A stretch of 64,000 nt of DNA from Epithemia pelagica. Taxonomy: Eukaryota; Protista; Bacillariophyta. The notes beneath the pieces are model-generated. The model saw nothing but the letters and a program-made list of their open reading frames with translations. It had not been told where the DNA came from and did no database searches. Shown here in pieces: positions 1-10,051 of the stretch (positions are counted from its first letter, which is position 1; each line of letters opens with the position of its first letter). Location of the stretch: the NCBI GenBank assembly GCA_946965045.2, contig OX337228.1:5332001-5396000 (forward strand). The letters run 5' to 3'. The position numbers were made by a program, and so were the translations under genes.

Positions 1-982
1 CGCCCTTTTCGATCGGCTTGATTGCCTTGACTAGAAGATTTGGCATGATTCTCACGTTGTAATGATCATCCGATTCATCCGGTGGATTGTCTGTACCGTA
101 CCGATGGTGTAGGTGGTCGTTGATTAAGTGCAGCCCCATGCCGAAGTGATCGTCGTTGTCTGCTTGAAGCCTTCGATTGTCACGTCCGAACTGAATCGCG
201 TACTCGTTGGGTACAACTGTCCGAGACGTGACGTCGTTTCCCGTGTACGCACCAATCACTTCACCATCTTTGATTGTCCGAACTGCAAAAACGCCAAACC
301 CGGCGCCTGGGAGTTTTGACTCCTTCACCTCAAACAGAAGCACTTTTCCAAGGTAGATCTTGACTACCGGATTGTTCGCAAATGTGTAACCGACATGCTT
401 GCCGATCGGGAAGGTATGTTTTCTGTTCTTCTTGACAGGGAGACTCATTCCACTCGAAAGTGGCACAATCTTCCCCTTTTGCAAGCCAGAACCGGGCTTC
501 CGAATTGGAGCTTCTTGGACCGAAAAAGTGGCCAAAATCTTCCGTGAGACATACTCTCCCATAGCACAGGCAAGTACAGCACTGTCTTTGATCTTGGAGA
601 GCGTCTTGAGGCCTTCGGTGAAAGTCCTGATTGGATCCCGTCCAGAACGAGAAGGGAGTTTCTCCACTTCCTCGATGCCTTTCTTGTAGTCCGCTGTGCG
701 CGTATCGATGAGGAGCTGCCGCATTTGAGTTTCCGAATACTGTTTGCTGTGGTCCTTCTCTGGATGGCCACGCCGAACATCTGCAAGCTTTTTATCCTTC
801 ACTTTGGCAAAGTCTTGATCCGAAAGAAACCGATGGTGCTTTGTTGTTGTCGCTTCGTCTGTTGCTGCTGCTTCGGGTGCTGCGGCTGCTGCTGCTTCGG
901 GCGCCGCTGCTGCTTTGGCTGACTGCTCTTCCGCTGCATCTATTGCAAGTATAAGAGCGTCAAGATTTCCTTTGTCACTCAT
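1..982 (-). CDS. SET-domain protein (putative lysine methyltransferase), 3'-truncated by the window edge; not in the supplied ORF track
   Basis: Manual translation of the minus strand from ATG at 982 gives 327 stop-free codons to position 2 (MSDKGNLDAL...). It has an Ala-rich repeated N-terminus (PEAAAAAAPEAAA) and C-terminal SET-like motifs: SKLPGAGFGVFAVRTIKDGEVIGAYTG, GLHLINDH, LLVKAIKPIEKG. Confidence 0.75.
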   Translation of the reverse strand, partial: MSDKGNLDALILAIDAAEEQSAKAAAAPEAAAAAAPEAAATDEATTTKHHRFLSDQDFAKVKDKKLADVRRGHPEKDHSKQYSETQMRQLLIDTRTADYKKGIEEVEKLPSRSGRDPIRTFTEGLKTLSKIKDSAVLACAMGEYVSRKILATFSVQEAPIRKPGSGLQKGKIVPLSSGMSLPVKKNRKHTFPIGKHVGYTFANNPVVKIYLGKVLLFEVKESKLPGAGFGVFAVRTIKDGEVIGAYTGNDVTSRTVVPNEYAIQFGRDNRRLQADNDDHFGMGLHLINDHLHHRYGTDNPPDESDDHYNVRIMPNLLVKAIKPIEKG

Positions 983-1454
983 GCTGTCTCGTTTTTGAGC
1001 GCCTGCTTTTTAATACTGTTTCTTAGGGCTTGGTTTCCCCATGGTCGAAACGCAAAAACTCGAAACACGAAACACAAGAAACACGAAACGCAGCATTCTC
1101 CTCAGCCCTCAGCTCACATTCCAAAAAAAAAATCTTGAGCTCACATACTAAAAAACGGTGAAGTTTTGGTATGTGGGCTGAGTTACTTAAGGATTTGCGT
1201 GCCAGTTTTGCGATGCGTGCGCGTTTTCGGAGAGGGAGGCGTGTTTCGCGCGAGGTCTGCTCCGAAAATCGTCCATTTTCTCGCTCTCTCACATTTTCGA
1301 GGTACTTACAAACTGATAATCCAACACGCAACACGAGCACGCAACACGGAAGTGATCATTGATACCAATAACTGACAAGAAATACATTCAATAAAATGGA
1401 TTGCTGTTATAAATAGTTAAGTTACATGCATTTTGATGATAAATGGAGATTAGA

Positions 1455-4400
1455 TCAGGTTTCTACTGCACCAGATCCTTGCGTTTCTCTCCAGAGACGT
1501 GAGATGAAGCCATGATCTTGGTCGAAGGCGGATCGGTGACACTTGATTGCTTTTGACATCTTTTCAATTTCGGCATACGAGAGGCCCGCAGCTGCATAGT
1601 CTCTGTTGTTGGAATTTTGATTGTATAACAAGTACGCGAGCATATAGCGACGTGCCTTTGCTGACATTTTCCGCATGATTTCGGGTGTTGTTTTCTTCAG
1701 GCTCGCTGTCAAACATCGTAAAAAGGCAGCTTTGTCTTTCTTCTCATTCAGTGAGAAAGCACGAAAGACTTTTTTTGAGTAACCCCAGCCATACTCGATC
1801 CCCTCACCGGCCATTTCACAGTGATACTTGGTCGATACGAGAATCTCGATCCTGCAACGATGTCGTTCAGACAAGTCTTCCGCCAGCTTCTCCATTGCAG
1901 ATTTTTCGTTCTTGAAATCGGAGCATTCGCTCATCAGATGAACCATAGAGTACTTTTTGTAGTCCGCCTGATAGGCTTCTTTCACAGTCTTCTTATCCGC
2001 TTCCAACCATGCATCTCTGGTTGTCTTGACGTACTTGATCATGTTGTTAGGGTCTATCCACCCCCGCTCCCATAACACTTGAAAGAGCCCTTTTGCAGCA
2101 TTCATCCAGCCTTCCTCGATCACATCATCTTCAATCACCGTTGCAATGTTGGAGCGTTTACAAAGGTCCTGTAGTTCACCAGCATTTTTCGATTGAAATG
2201 AACGTTGTATTCCAGGTCCCATGACCCGGACAAGTTTTGCCATGAGCTCCTTCTTTGTGAGGTTGCGCTTTTTCTTTCTACCAGTTCGGTGTGTATTCTT
2301 CGATGCGACACGCTGCGCGTCATTGAGACGATGGCCTTTTTTAGCAACTGGACCACGATCGTTCTCCTGATAGACGAGGTGTTGTACGTCACCAACTCGT
2401 AGTTTGTCGTCATGGTTGTACGGGCCAAGGCAAGCTTGATCAATAATTTGTGTGTCCCGCATGCTGGGAACAGCTCCTCCCCAGTCGTTATTCATGTTCA
2501 GAGCATTTAACCCATCGGATTGTTGTTTTCCATGACCACTGCTTTGGTCGAACAAAAAGACAAAGTCATGGGCGGGGAACATGACCACGAGGCAATCGAC
2601 AATATCCTCCAACTGCAAGGCCATGTATTCATAATTCCAATATCCCTCTTTATCTGCTCCGTATTCAAAAAAGCGAGTGAACGGTTGGGCATTGGTAATT
2701 CGAGTCTTGGCAGTGTGACCATTGAGGTTCACTGCAGCCTCGGTAGAGACGTATTTGTTGTGTGTCGCATGTAGACGGAGTTCATTAATCCGAAATAGAC
2801 TCGCAGCAAGCAACGGGTTTCCGTTCATAAGGAAGCCCCATGATCGGCTTACAAAAGCGCTGATCATCATCCCATGTCCATCATCCTTTGGCAGCATTTT
2901 AGTTGCGCCATCTTTAGTGTACCATGCCTTAGACGAGAAGGAAAACTGCTTGTAGATCGATTCGTCCTGGCCGATGAGGATGACAGGTTTGCGGTCGGAG
3001 GGAAACCTGTGTGACAAGTTTCCATTGTGAATTGTGTTTTCTGGTTTGATGTACCGTTCAAATTCGCTTGGGAAGGCATCAACATGGTACTCCCGCATCT
3101 GCTTGCCTGTTGTTACATCAGTGTACTCAAATACAAAGCTGTTTGGCAAGAGCTTCTCCTTGCCCGCATTCCCTTCGTTTTCAAGTTTGATTGCATCCTC
3201 GGTAGGGAGCTGCACCCACCGATACGACAGCTCTTCCCACTTAAAGTACTTCTTGACAAAAGCAGCTCTGTGGGCAACATTCTCAGCATTTTCGTGTCGA
3301 TCAGTGAAGTATGTTTTCGTGTGTTCCTTGAACACAAACCCTGCAGCAGCAATACATCGCCACGCTGTGCTTTGCGAAATGGTGGAAAGCTTCATCGATG
3401 CCAAGAAGGCCTCGTACGATACTGGCGTTGCATTCGTATCCATGCACTCTTGTACGATCATGGTATGCATATCCGGAAGCAATGTTGTCCTCAGGTACAT
3501 TAGAGCAGACTCTGTTGTAAGAGTGCTCAGGTTTTCCTTTGCCCAGCATTCAAACTTTACCTTTGCTTCAGGTATGTGAACGAATAAGACGGGCGATGGC
3601 TCTTTCCCAATATGAACGTGGTAGTTGGGATGAGGGAAACTGTCGTTTTCCCGAAAGTACCTGTGAAAACGAGCAATGGTCTTGGGATGTTTTTTTACTT
3701 TTTCACCATAAATCTGTTCCATTTTGCTAATGGCTTCGCTTATGCAGTTCAGCCATGTACGACCGTGTGGCATATCAAGCAACGCTATCTTATAAGAAAG
3801 TTGTAAATACGTTGCCTTGAGCAGTACCCTCTGTTGCTGTTCCTGGTTGAGGGGGAAGATGTCTCCCTTGTTAACCACATTCGGAAGTGCCTCCACGTTG
3901 GAAATGGCCCTTTCAAGGGTTTCTATCCATCGCTCAAGATTTCGTTTTGACGATCCTGGAGAATCGCATTTGCCGGCAAAGAGCCTACGGTTCCTTGGCT
4001 CATCAAAACAGGCGCTTTCCATTTGTTGCGATAGACCTTGGATCATCTCACTCTCGAAAACTGAAAAACCAATCGGCAAACTCTGTGGATGGTCATGGCC
4101 GATTTTGTCTGTGGCCAATTCAGGATGTTGGATTGCTCCAACAAGCACCTGATTTGTGTTGTCGTGAGGTGGTGACGTTTGCATTTCGGTAGGGCTGTCT
4201 CCAATTTGTGGCGGTTGACCATGTTGCTGCGTTGCAGTGCTCTTGATTGCTGGTGGAGTTGAAGTGTTTCTTGCTTGCTTGGATGTATTTAGCGTGCCTT
4301 CACGCAACCCTGGTGACTCTTCGTTCCTTCGCTTCGTTGGCTTCGCTCGTCCCGACCGCCGAATCGTGTTCGTTTCTGCAGCCTCCAGCCATTCTTGATG

Positions 4401-4799
4401 ATCGTCCAACATCACTGGCCCTGTTGTTGTGTCGGAGCTTACATAAAAGAATGTGTATCTTTTATTGTGGATTGTGACTTTGTGGCGGTACCAGCCAAAC
4501 TTGTTTGATTCCGACACCTTAGTTTCGAAACAGAGTTTAAGAACAACATCTTTAGTCAAAACAAGATTCAGTCTGAATGTCGACAGTCCTGGCAGCCAAG
4601 TGTGCATGAAGTTCACAATCTGGGTGTCTTGGATCCACTTGTTGCAGAACCCAAACGAGGATGGGGAGCATTGCGTCTTAAAGACGTCAAGAATCTCTTG
4701 TGCCGATAAACTTCGTTCCATCCGAGACTGTGTTGCGTGGGATGAGTCGGATGATCGCGTCATTGAGTATGATGCCAACCGCCTACCTTGTAGCGCCAT
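1455..4799 (-). CDS. DDE transposase, IS630/Tc1/mariner-like, 1114 aa, intact and intronless
   Basis: Candidate catalytic motifs IGQDES, FLFDQSSGH and KYHCEMAGEGIEYGWG resemble ITm DxS / DN-x-x-H / PxxNPIE. HTH-like segments lie upstream (KTIARFHRYFREN; ISQSTAWRCIAAAGF..TDRHE). About 250 residues separate the second D from the E (manual count). Confidence 0.8.
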   Translation of the reverse strand: MALQGRRLASYSMTRSSDSSHATQSRMERSLSAQEILDVFKTQCSPSSFGFCNKWIQDTQIVNFMHTWLPGLSTFRLNLVLTKDVVLKLCFETKVSESNKFGWYRHKVTIHNKRYTFFYVSSDTTTGPVMLDDHQEWLEAAETNTIRRSGRAKPTKRRNEESPGLREGTLNTSKQARNTSTPPAIKSTATQQHGQPPQIGDSPTEMQTSPPHDNTNQVLVGAIQHPELATDKIGHDHPQSLPIGFSVFESEMIQGLSQQMESACFDEPRNRRLFAGKCDSPGSSKRNLERWIETLERAISNVEALPNVVNKGDIFPLNQEQQQRVLLKATYLQLSYKIALLDMPHGRTWLNCISEAISKMEQIYGEKVKKHPKTIARFHRYFRENDSFPHPNYHVHIGKEPSPVLFVHIPEAKVKFECWAKENLSTLTTESALMYLRTTLLPDMHTMIVQECMDTNATPVSYEAFLASMKLSTISQSTAWRCIAAAGFVFKEHTKTYFTDRHENAENVAHRAAFVKKYFKWEELSYRWVQLPTEDAIKLENEGNAGKEKLLPNSFVFEYTDVTTGKQMREYHVDAFPSEFERYIKPENTIHNGNLSHRFPSDRKPVILIGQDESIYKQFSFSSKAWYTKDGATKMLPKDDGHGMMISAFVSRSWGFLMNGNPLLAASLFRINELRLHATHNKYVSTEAAVNLNGHTAKTRITNAQPFTRFFEYGADKEGYWNYEYMALQLEDIVDCLVVMFPAHDFVFLFDQSSGHGKQQSDGLNALNMNNDWGGAVPSMRDTQIIDQACLGPYNHDDKLRVGDVQHLVYQENDRGPVAKKGHRLNDAQRVASKNTHRTGRKKKRNLTKKELMAKLVRVMGPGIQRSFQSKNAGELQDLCKRSNIATVIEDDVIEEGWMNAAKGLFQVLWERGWIDPNNMIKYVKTTRDAWLEADKKTVKEAYQADYKKYSMVHLMSECSDFKNEKSAMEKLAEDLSERHRCRIEILVSTKYHCEMAGEGIEYGWGYSKKVFRAFSLNEKKDKAAFLRCLTASLKKTTPEIMRKMSAKARRYMLAYLLYNQNSNNRDYAAAGLSYAEIEKMSKAIKCHRSAFDQDHGFISRLWRETQGSGAVET

Positions 4800-4863
4800 T
4801 GAGGGTGGTTCAAGTAAACCCTAAAGCATCCGGATGCAGCTCGGCTACAAGGTAGGCGGTTGG
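4775..4863. repeat. 20-bp perfect inverted repeat bracketing the transposase start codon, with a 12-bp palindrome in the spacer
   Basis: 4775-4794 ccaaccgcctaccttgtagc is the exact reverse complement of 4844-4863 gctacaaggtaggcggttgg. The 49-bp spacer contains the ATG (4797-4799) and the palindrome gcatccggatgc (4826-4837). Confidence 0.9.
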
Positions 4864-5463
4864 GATGGCCCTTCACCATGGTCGTTAGACAACAACCGTT
4901 TTTTCATCATTTTCGACGGAATTCTAGCGTTCGGAAGCTGTCACACATCACGGTACGAGTAAAAAATTTATTATTCAGACACTGGGTTGTCACGAGTCGG
5001 ACACTTTCATTCACTAGTCAGGCCAAACGCTATTGAGGATTATATTTTATGTTACTAAATCTACGAGGGGTCTACGTCAGGAACATACTCCCTGAACTCA
5101 GCTTGTACTGAGAACATAATAGTGTGACCCTACCAACACCAACACCAACACCGGCGGTCCCAGCAACTCGTCAAGGTCAACCGACAAAAAATAAGATCAC
5201 TACTAGTAATGACAACTGACACGTCTACCTGACCTATCCGTACCTACCTACTAGGAGTAGGTACTCCTAGGTAGTAGCGCAATTCAATAATCCTTCCACT
5301 GGAAACAGAAATGATTACTGATTTCTCCATGGATGAAATACAGCATTCTTGACAGCTAGTAAGGTCTCATCAATCTGCAGATATCATCGCTTTCTTTCCG
5401 TCTTGAAGGCGCGATCGGTGTCACGCAACTAGGAGTATGCAAGTTAGAAATGTGTAATAATGA

Positions 5464-6081
5464 TTATTTCTTGGCCATCATCTTTTGGTAGAAGGCCAAT
5501 TCAGGGCCTTCAAGGATATATCCATCGCAGCGGCCGGTCTGTCCAGGTCTACTGGTGATTTTGGCATACAATCGACCAGCGGAAAATTGAACATCCAAGG
5601 CATTCTCGAGAGTCCTGTTCGCTTGACGCCCTTTAAGCTTTTTCTGGACCATAGCAGACTTGTCACTCATATCCACCGATGGTTGCTCTCGTTCGGCTCC
5701 CGCTGGTTTCTTGAGACCAATCTTGACACCATAGTGAGCTTCGTACCAAGTCTTGAATGGATGCGCATCGATCAGAACGATTCCACCTTTCACTAGGGTC
5801 TTCGTACGAACCAACTCGTTGTTCGAAGCATTGTAAGTAACGTCCAATACACGTACTTTGCGTGTGCAGACTTCAGTTCCCCAGGAGAAGTTCCCAGATT
5901 CGAGCTTCAAAGCTCTGAATTTTGTGTTGCCTCCACGGCCTCTCACATGATGAATTCGAGGTTCTCCAATCTTGGTCATGCTGGCTGGACGTCCCAACTC
6001 AAACTTGCGCTTCTTACGGAACTTGGCACGACGGCCTCCTGTTTCACGACGCTTGTGGCGTCCCTCTCGTGTGATACCCAT
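5464..6081 (-). CDS. RPS8: 40S ribosomal protein S8 (eS8)
   Basis: [71 protein letters not shown]. The start is set at ATG 6081 rather than the ORF-track alternative start at 6096. Confidence 0.98.
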   Translation of the reverse strand: MGITREGRHKRRETGGRRAKFRKKRKFELGRPASMTKIGEPRIHHVRGRGGNTKFRALKLESGNFSWGTEVCTRKVRVLDVTYNASNNELVRTKTLVKGGIVLIDAHPFKTWYEAHYGVKIGLKKPAGAEREQPSVDMSDKSAMVQKKLKGRQANRTLENALDVQFSAGRLYAKITSRPGQTGRCDGYILEGPELAFYQKMMAKK

Positions 6082-6435
6082 TGTCCGGCTGTCCAATCAA
6101 GCAACGTCGTAATGGTACCACGGTGTGAGAATAACGTAGCGAACTGAAAGGTCAAGAGATTTTAGTTTGGTGGTAAGAGGTAATTATGTATCCTTCATGT
6201 GGTCAGTAGACGAATGACTGCTGAACGTGGTGTACGAGTATAGCATGATAATGTACTTTGTGTCCACAAAGCAGGCCGCCCAAAGTTCAGACACGCACTG
6301 TCCACGAAAGAAACTAAGGAAAAACCCATCGAATACCCTCAACTGAAGTCTAAGCCTTTGTCATCTTTCAAGGAAACACAAAAGGACTTGACATCACCGC
6401 AGAGACAGATAATCTAACAACTAGTTGACGAAAGT
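6082..6435. promoter_or_regulatory. Probable bidirectional promoter between RPS8 and eIF1A
   Basis: Two translation-machinery genes lie head-to-head with start codons 354 bp apart. The call is positional inference only. Confidence 0.5.
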
Positions 6436-7049
6436 ATGCCGAAACCAAAAGGTATGTCTGAAGGAAAATTTATTAAAGAACATGAACCATTGCCAAGTCT
6501 AATTATATTGTACTTCGTGTCTCAGGAAAAGGAGGCAAGAATAGACGGCGGGGTAAGGGAGATGGAGAGGAGAGCAAACGTGAGCTTGAATTCAAAGAAG
6601 ACGGTGCGTAAATAATGAAGTTCAATCTGTGGTTCGGTATATTGGCGGGCGATCTGATGGATACATGGATTCTTTTCTCTCTGGGATGATTTCCACGGAT
6701 TCAACACTTTTTGACATTAGGTCAGGAATATGCACAGGTTGTCAAGATGCTCGGAAATGGTCGATGCGAATGTTTTTGTTTTGACGGTGTGACGAGATTG
6801 GGGCACATTCGTGGGAAAATGCGAAAGAAGGTCTGGATCACAGCAGGTGATATTGTATTGGTAGCAAAGCGAGACTTTCAAGATGAAAAAGTGGACATTG
6901 TTCATAAATACACGGCTGATGAGGCACGAAATCTGAAGCAGTATGGAGAATTACCGGAAACCGCCCGTATCAATGAAACTGCTGTCGATATGGCCATGGC
7001 TGGGGATGATAATGACGATGACATTGGTATTGACTTCGACGATATCTAA
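6436..7049 (+). CDS. EIF1A: Translation initiation factor eIF1A; exons 6436-6451, 6526-6603, 6721-7049
   Basis: The spliced product reads [46 protein letters not shown]...[12 protein letters not shown]...DFDDI. Two GT-AG introns preserve the frame (423 nt total). Confidence 0.97.
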
Positions 7050-7756
7050 TCAAAGACGGAAACTGTACACACAATTCAACCCCCAACGATCTGGACGAGA
7101 GCCCTCTGTAAAGTTTTGCTTCATGAAATGAGGAGGCCATATGATTGCAGTAAGTTGGCCACAAGAGCTCGTTGTTGGACCCTCATTTTAGAGTGGGACG
7201 AGCAATCCACGCATAATGACGTTCGGATGCATTATTTTTATGAGTTTTTCTAGAGTAGTTGTCTTCGTGAATGGGTTTGTTTCGTTCAGCTTTCCAATGC
7301 ACCGGATGTTTTTATTTTTTTTTGATGGGATAGGGGAGCTAGGGCTTTCGGCCGTCGAATCAAGTCTTGTGGAGCTACCGTACGGTACCTAGTCATTCCC
7401 TCGTAGTCTGGCTCTAGAGGATAGGAATAAGCTACGCCGCTAGAGAGGAAGAGGAAAGCAATGCTGAGTGTCACTACACGTGTTGCATGTTGCCGCAAGT
7501 GAGTAAGCGACCACAGCCAAGTACAGACGTGTCGCAGTTGACGAGGTGTATCTTTGTGAACAAGAGTTCAAGACGATACAACCAAGAGCGCCTGACCTGA
7601 TAAGATTATAATGTGATGCTCACTGTCTAGGTTCGTCTATGCTGAGGATTTGCGTTCTCCTTGCCCTTCCCAGCGGTGCGCATGGCGCAAAGGAAAGATC
7701 CAATCCGATCCACCGGTAATAACACCTACTCGTAATCAACAGCGGCAAAAATAACC

Positions 7757-8449
7757 ATGAAGTTTTTCACAGCCTCCGTCCTTGTTTTGATTTCGTCGGC
7801 GAATGCCTTTGTTCCTGTGGCGCTGCGCTCACAAGGAACGCGCATGTTCATGAGCGAGGAGTCTGAAGCTCCTGCTCCAGCACCGGCCGCTCCACCAGCC
7901 GAAGCAGGGGCCCTCGTCCCCATCAAAGAGGAAACAGTAGAGTTCACGGCCGGACTTGTCACTGGTGCTGTTGGTCTGATCCTTGGAGGACCCGTACTTG
8001 GTGCCGCTGCTGCTGCGGCTGGTAACTACGCCTCAAAGTCTGAAGGCGATGTTGGCACTGTTGTCAAGTCTGTCGCCAAAACCAGCATTGAGGTGTTCAA
8101 CTACCTCGCCGCCCTTGACTCCAAATACGACGCCTTGGGCAAGGCTAAGGCCTCCCTTAATGACGCTCTCACCAAGCTTAAGAGCCAACCAAATGTTGAC
8201 CCTGAAACAGTCAGCAAGGTTGAGAAAGCCATTGACAGCACCCAAAAGAAGGTTTCTGAGATCAATGACGAATACGATCTTGTAGGTGGAGGAATGACTG
8301 CTTTGGGTGTCGTTGGTGACCTCGTTGAGAAGGCCGTTAAAAAGGCAGGTGAGCTAAACGAAGAATACAAGCTTTCTGATAAGGCTGTCGTGTCGTTGAA
8401 GGGGGCCGTTGACAAGGCCAAGGAAGCCGCTGACAAGGCCCAGAAGTAA
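7757..8449 (+). CDS. Plastid-targeted protein of unknown function (Gly/Ala-rich hydrophobic segment plus amphipathic helical repeats)
   Basis: Signal peptide ending SANA-FVP (ASAFAP-like) and a transit-like region. It has a GLVTGAVGLILGGPVLGAAAAAAG segment, a K/A/D/E-rich helical C-terminus and strongly biased codon usage. Confidence 0.8.
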   Translation: MKFFTASVLVLISSANAFVPVALRSQGTRMFMSEESEAPAPAPAAPPAEAGALVPIKEETVEFTAGLVTGAVGLILGGPVLGAAAAAAGNYASKSEGDVGTVVKSVAKTSIEVFNYLAALDSKYDALGKAKASLNDALTKLKSQPNVDPETVSKVEKAIDSTQKKVSEINDEYDLVGGGMTALGVVGDLVEKAVKKAGELNEEYKLSDKAVVSLKGAVDKAKEAADKAQK

Positions 8450-8890
8450 AGTGTTAGACTGTAACCCAGGGACTTCAAGGTTTGCCGACGATATGGTCGT
8501 TGACTCCAATTTGGAAACGGTTCAAATGAAGATTACTACTGGCAATGATACAGAGAACAGAATACTCTAGGTAGAATAAGTTTGGATCATCAATGTAGCA
8601 ATCATTTATACATTCGTTTTTTACTTCGCGAGAGAAAGGAGCCTGTGAGTAGTCGGCGTCTCCTTCCCCAACCTCAAGACTCGAGATGTTATACAGCTCA
8701 AGGCTTGTCCGGTGGTGTTAAAATTGTTGAATCTTAGCTCTCACTTGACATCTGTATCCAGGGAAGGAGGAATTGAACTAGTTGTATCTACGACAAAGAA
8801 TATAAGGCGTGGCATTCAACCGGATCAGTCGTTAGGAAGAGCAAAAGGAACTTTATGTGGCAGAAACCATGAAACGACAACAGATATTGA

Positions 8891-9753
8891 TCAAAGGTCT
8901 GAAGCAGACTGGTCCTGGAACTCGAGGAGAGGTTGTGACGAGCGAGTGGTGAACAGCTTAACCAAAGCACCATATAACAGTGCACCTTTTACCATCGCGA
9001 AGTATCCATCTGTGAAGTCATGCAAAACAGAGGGACCGTGTAAGTTAGAGGATCTCATCCATTGGGAAAACGCTCTCTCGTCTTACTCTGTCTTGAGAAA
9101 AACGCCCCCATTGCCATACTCGAAAGAAGCGTTGTCCACTCGTCATCAACTCCTCCACGTATTACTCGTGCTGATGTCCCAAATCCACCAACAACAGCAT
9201 TAACACCTCCCCAACTTCTGCCCCATCTCGCAGATCTCTGATGCATATACAATAGCCGTCCAGACGCAACCTGCATCAAACGAGATGATGGCTTGTCGTG
9301 AACACGCGATGCAAGCCCTGGAAGCCCTCTCAGAGTTCCCAACACGTATCCTCCGAAAAACCCAATGATGTAGTCAAAAACAACGACCACCGAAACCTCC
9401 ACAAAACCTGCAATAATCTTTCCCGTCAGAGATAAATCATTGTAGCCTACAGTTTGTTGATCGTTGATATTTTCTGGTGGTTCCGATTCTTTCGCCTGCT
9501 TCGACAAAGGAGTGGAAGACCTTGATCTTCTGCTTGCAAATTGAATCTCGCGCACTCCTATCGATCCTGAACCTCCATATCCACGAACTAAGTTACGGCC
9601 ATGTCCCAAATTCTGCTCTCTTATTCTTTGTCTTCGTGTATGACGAATACTGGCGGTGGCAGCAGTCGTCCGAAGCAGGGACGATGCATCTACCTTCAAA
9701 AGAAAAAGAATGCTGGTCAGCAAAATGAATGTAATACAAGGGGACGGGGTCAT
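8891..9753 (-). CDS. Tim17/Tim22/Tim23 (PRAT) family membrane protein with an N-terminal signal peptide; exons 9753-9087, 9009-8891
   Basis: Gly-patterned TM helices (IIGFFGGYVLG; WGRSWGGVNAVVGGFG) and RGGVDDEWTTLLSSMAMGAFFSR. A GTAAGA..CTAAC..CAG intron restores the last helix NGYFAMVKGALLYGALVKLF. The N-terminus is MTPSPCITFILLTSILFLLKVDA. Confidence 0.7.
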
Positions 9754-10051
9754 ACTGTCTTCATTCCATTTCTCGCAGGTAGGGATTTTGTTTTTGGATT
9801 TCGGATTTCGGATTCGGATTTCGGATATCCGACACCATGGGGTCGCTTTACGCACGTCTCCTACACATTTCATGAGCGCCAGCCGTCCCAAGATCTATAA
9901 GAAGCGTCGGCATTCGCGTCAAGACTGATGCACATGCTTGCGCGTCTTCTTTACATAGAGTCTTCCAAAGTTGAGACGCGAGCATGTCATTAGATTTTTT
10001 ATGCGATAGACATAGACCCCCTCCGTCGTTCAATCACTGCAAAGCAGAACG

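Noticed and set aside
128-1375. Short ORF-track entries over the first 1.4 kb
   Set aside because: They are shadows of the SET-domain frame or promoter sequence.
983-5460. Terminal inverted repeats for the transposase element
   Set aside because: I found no convincing TIR pair or TA TSD by eye. The caacac-type repeats near 1321 and 5134 are direct and short, so no element boundaries are annotated.
7286-7498. 70-aa ORF with a signal-peptide-like start
   Set aside because: It ends in a homopolymer tract with no recognisable domain. It could be a small secreted peptide, but support is too weak to call.
9795-9830. Short (GGATTTC)n-like tandem repeat
   Set aside because: It is a few imperfect units upstream of the Tim17-family start. 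It is not telomeric and has no evident function.
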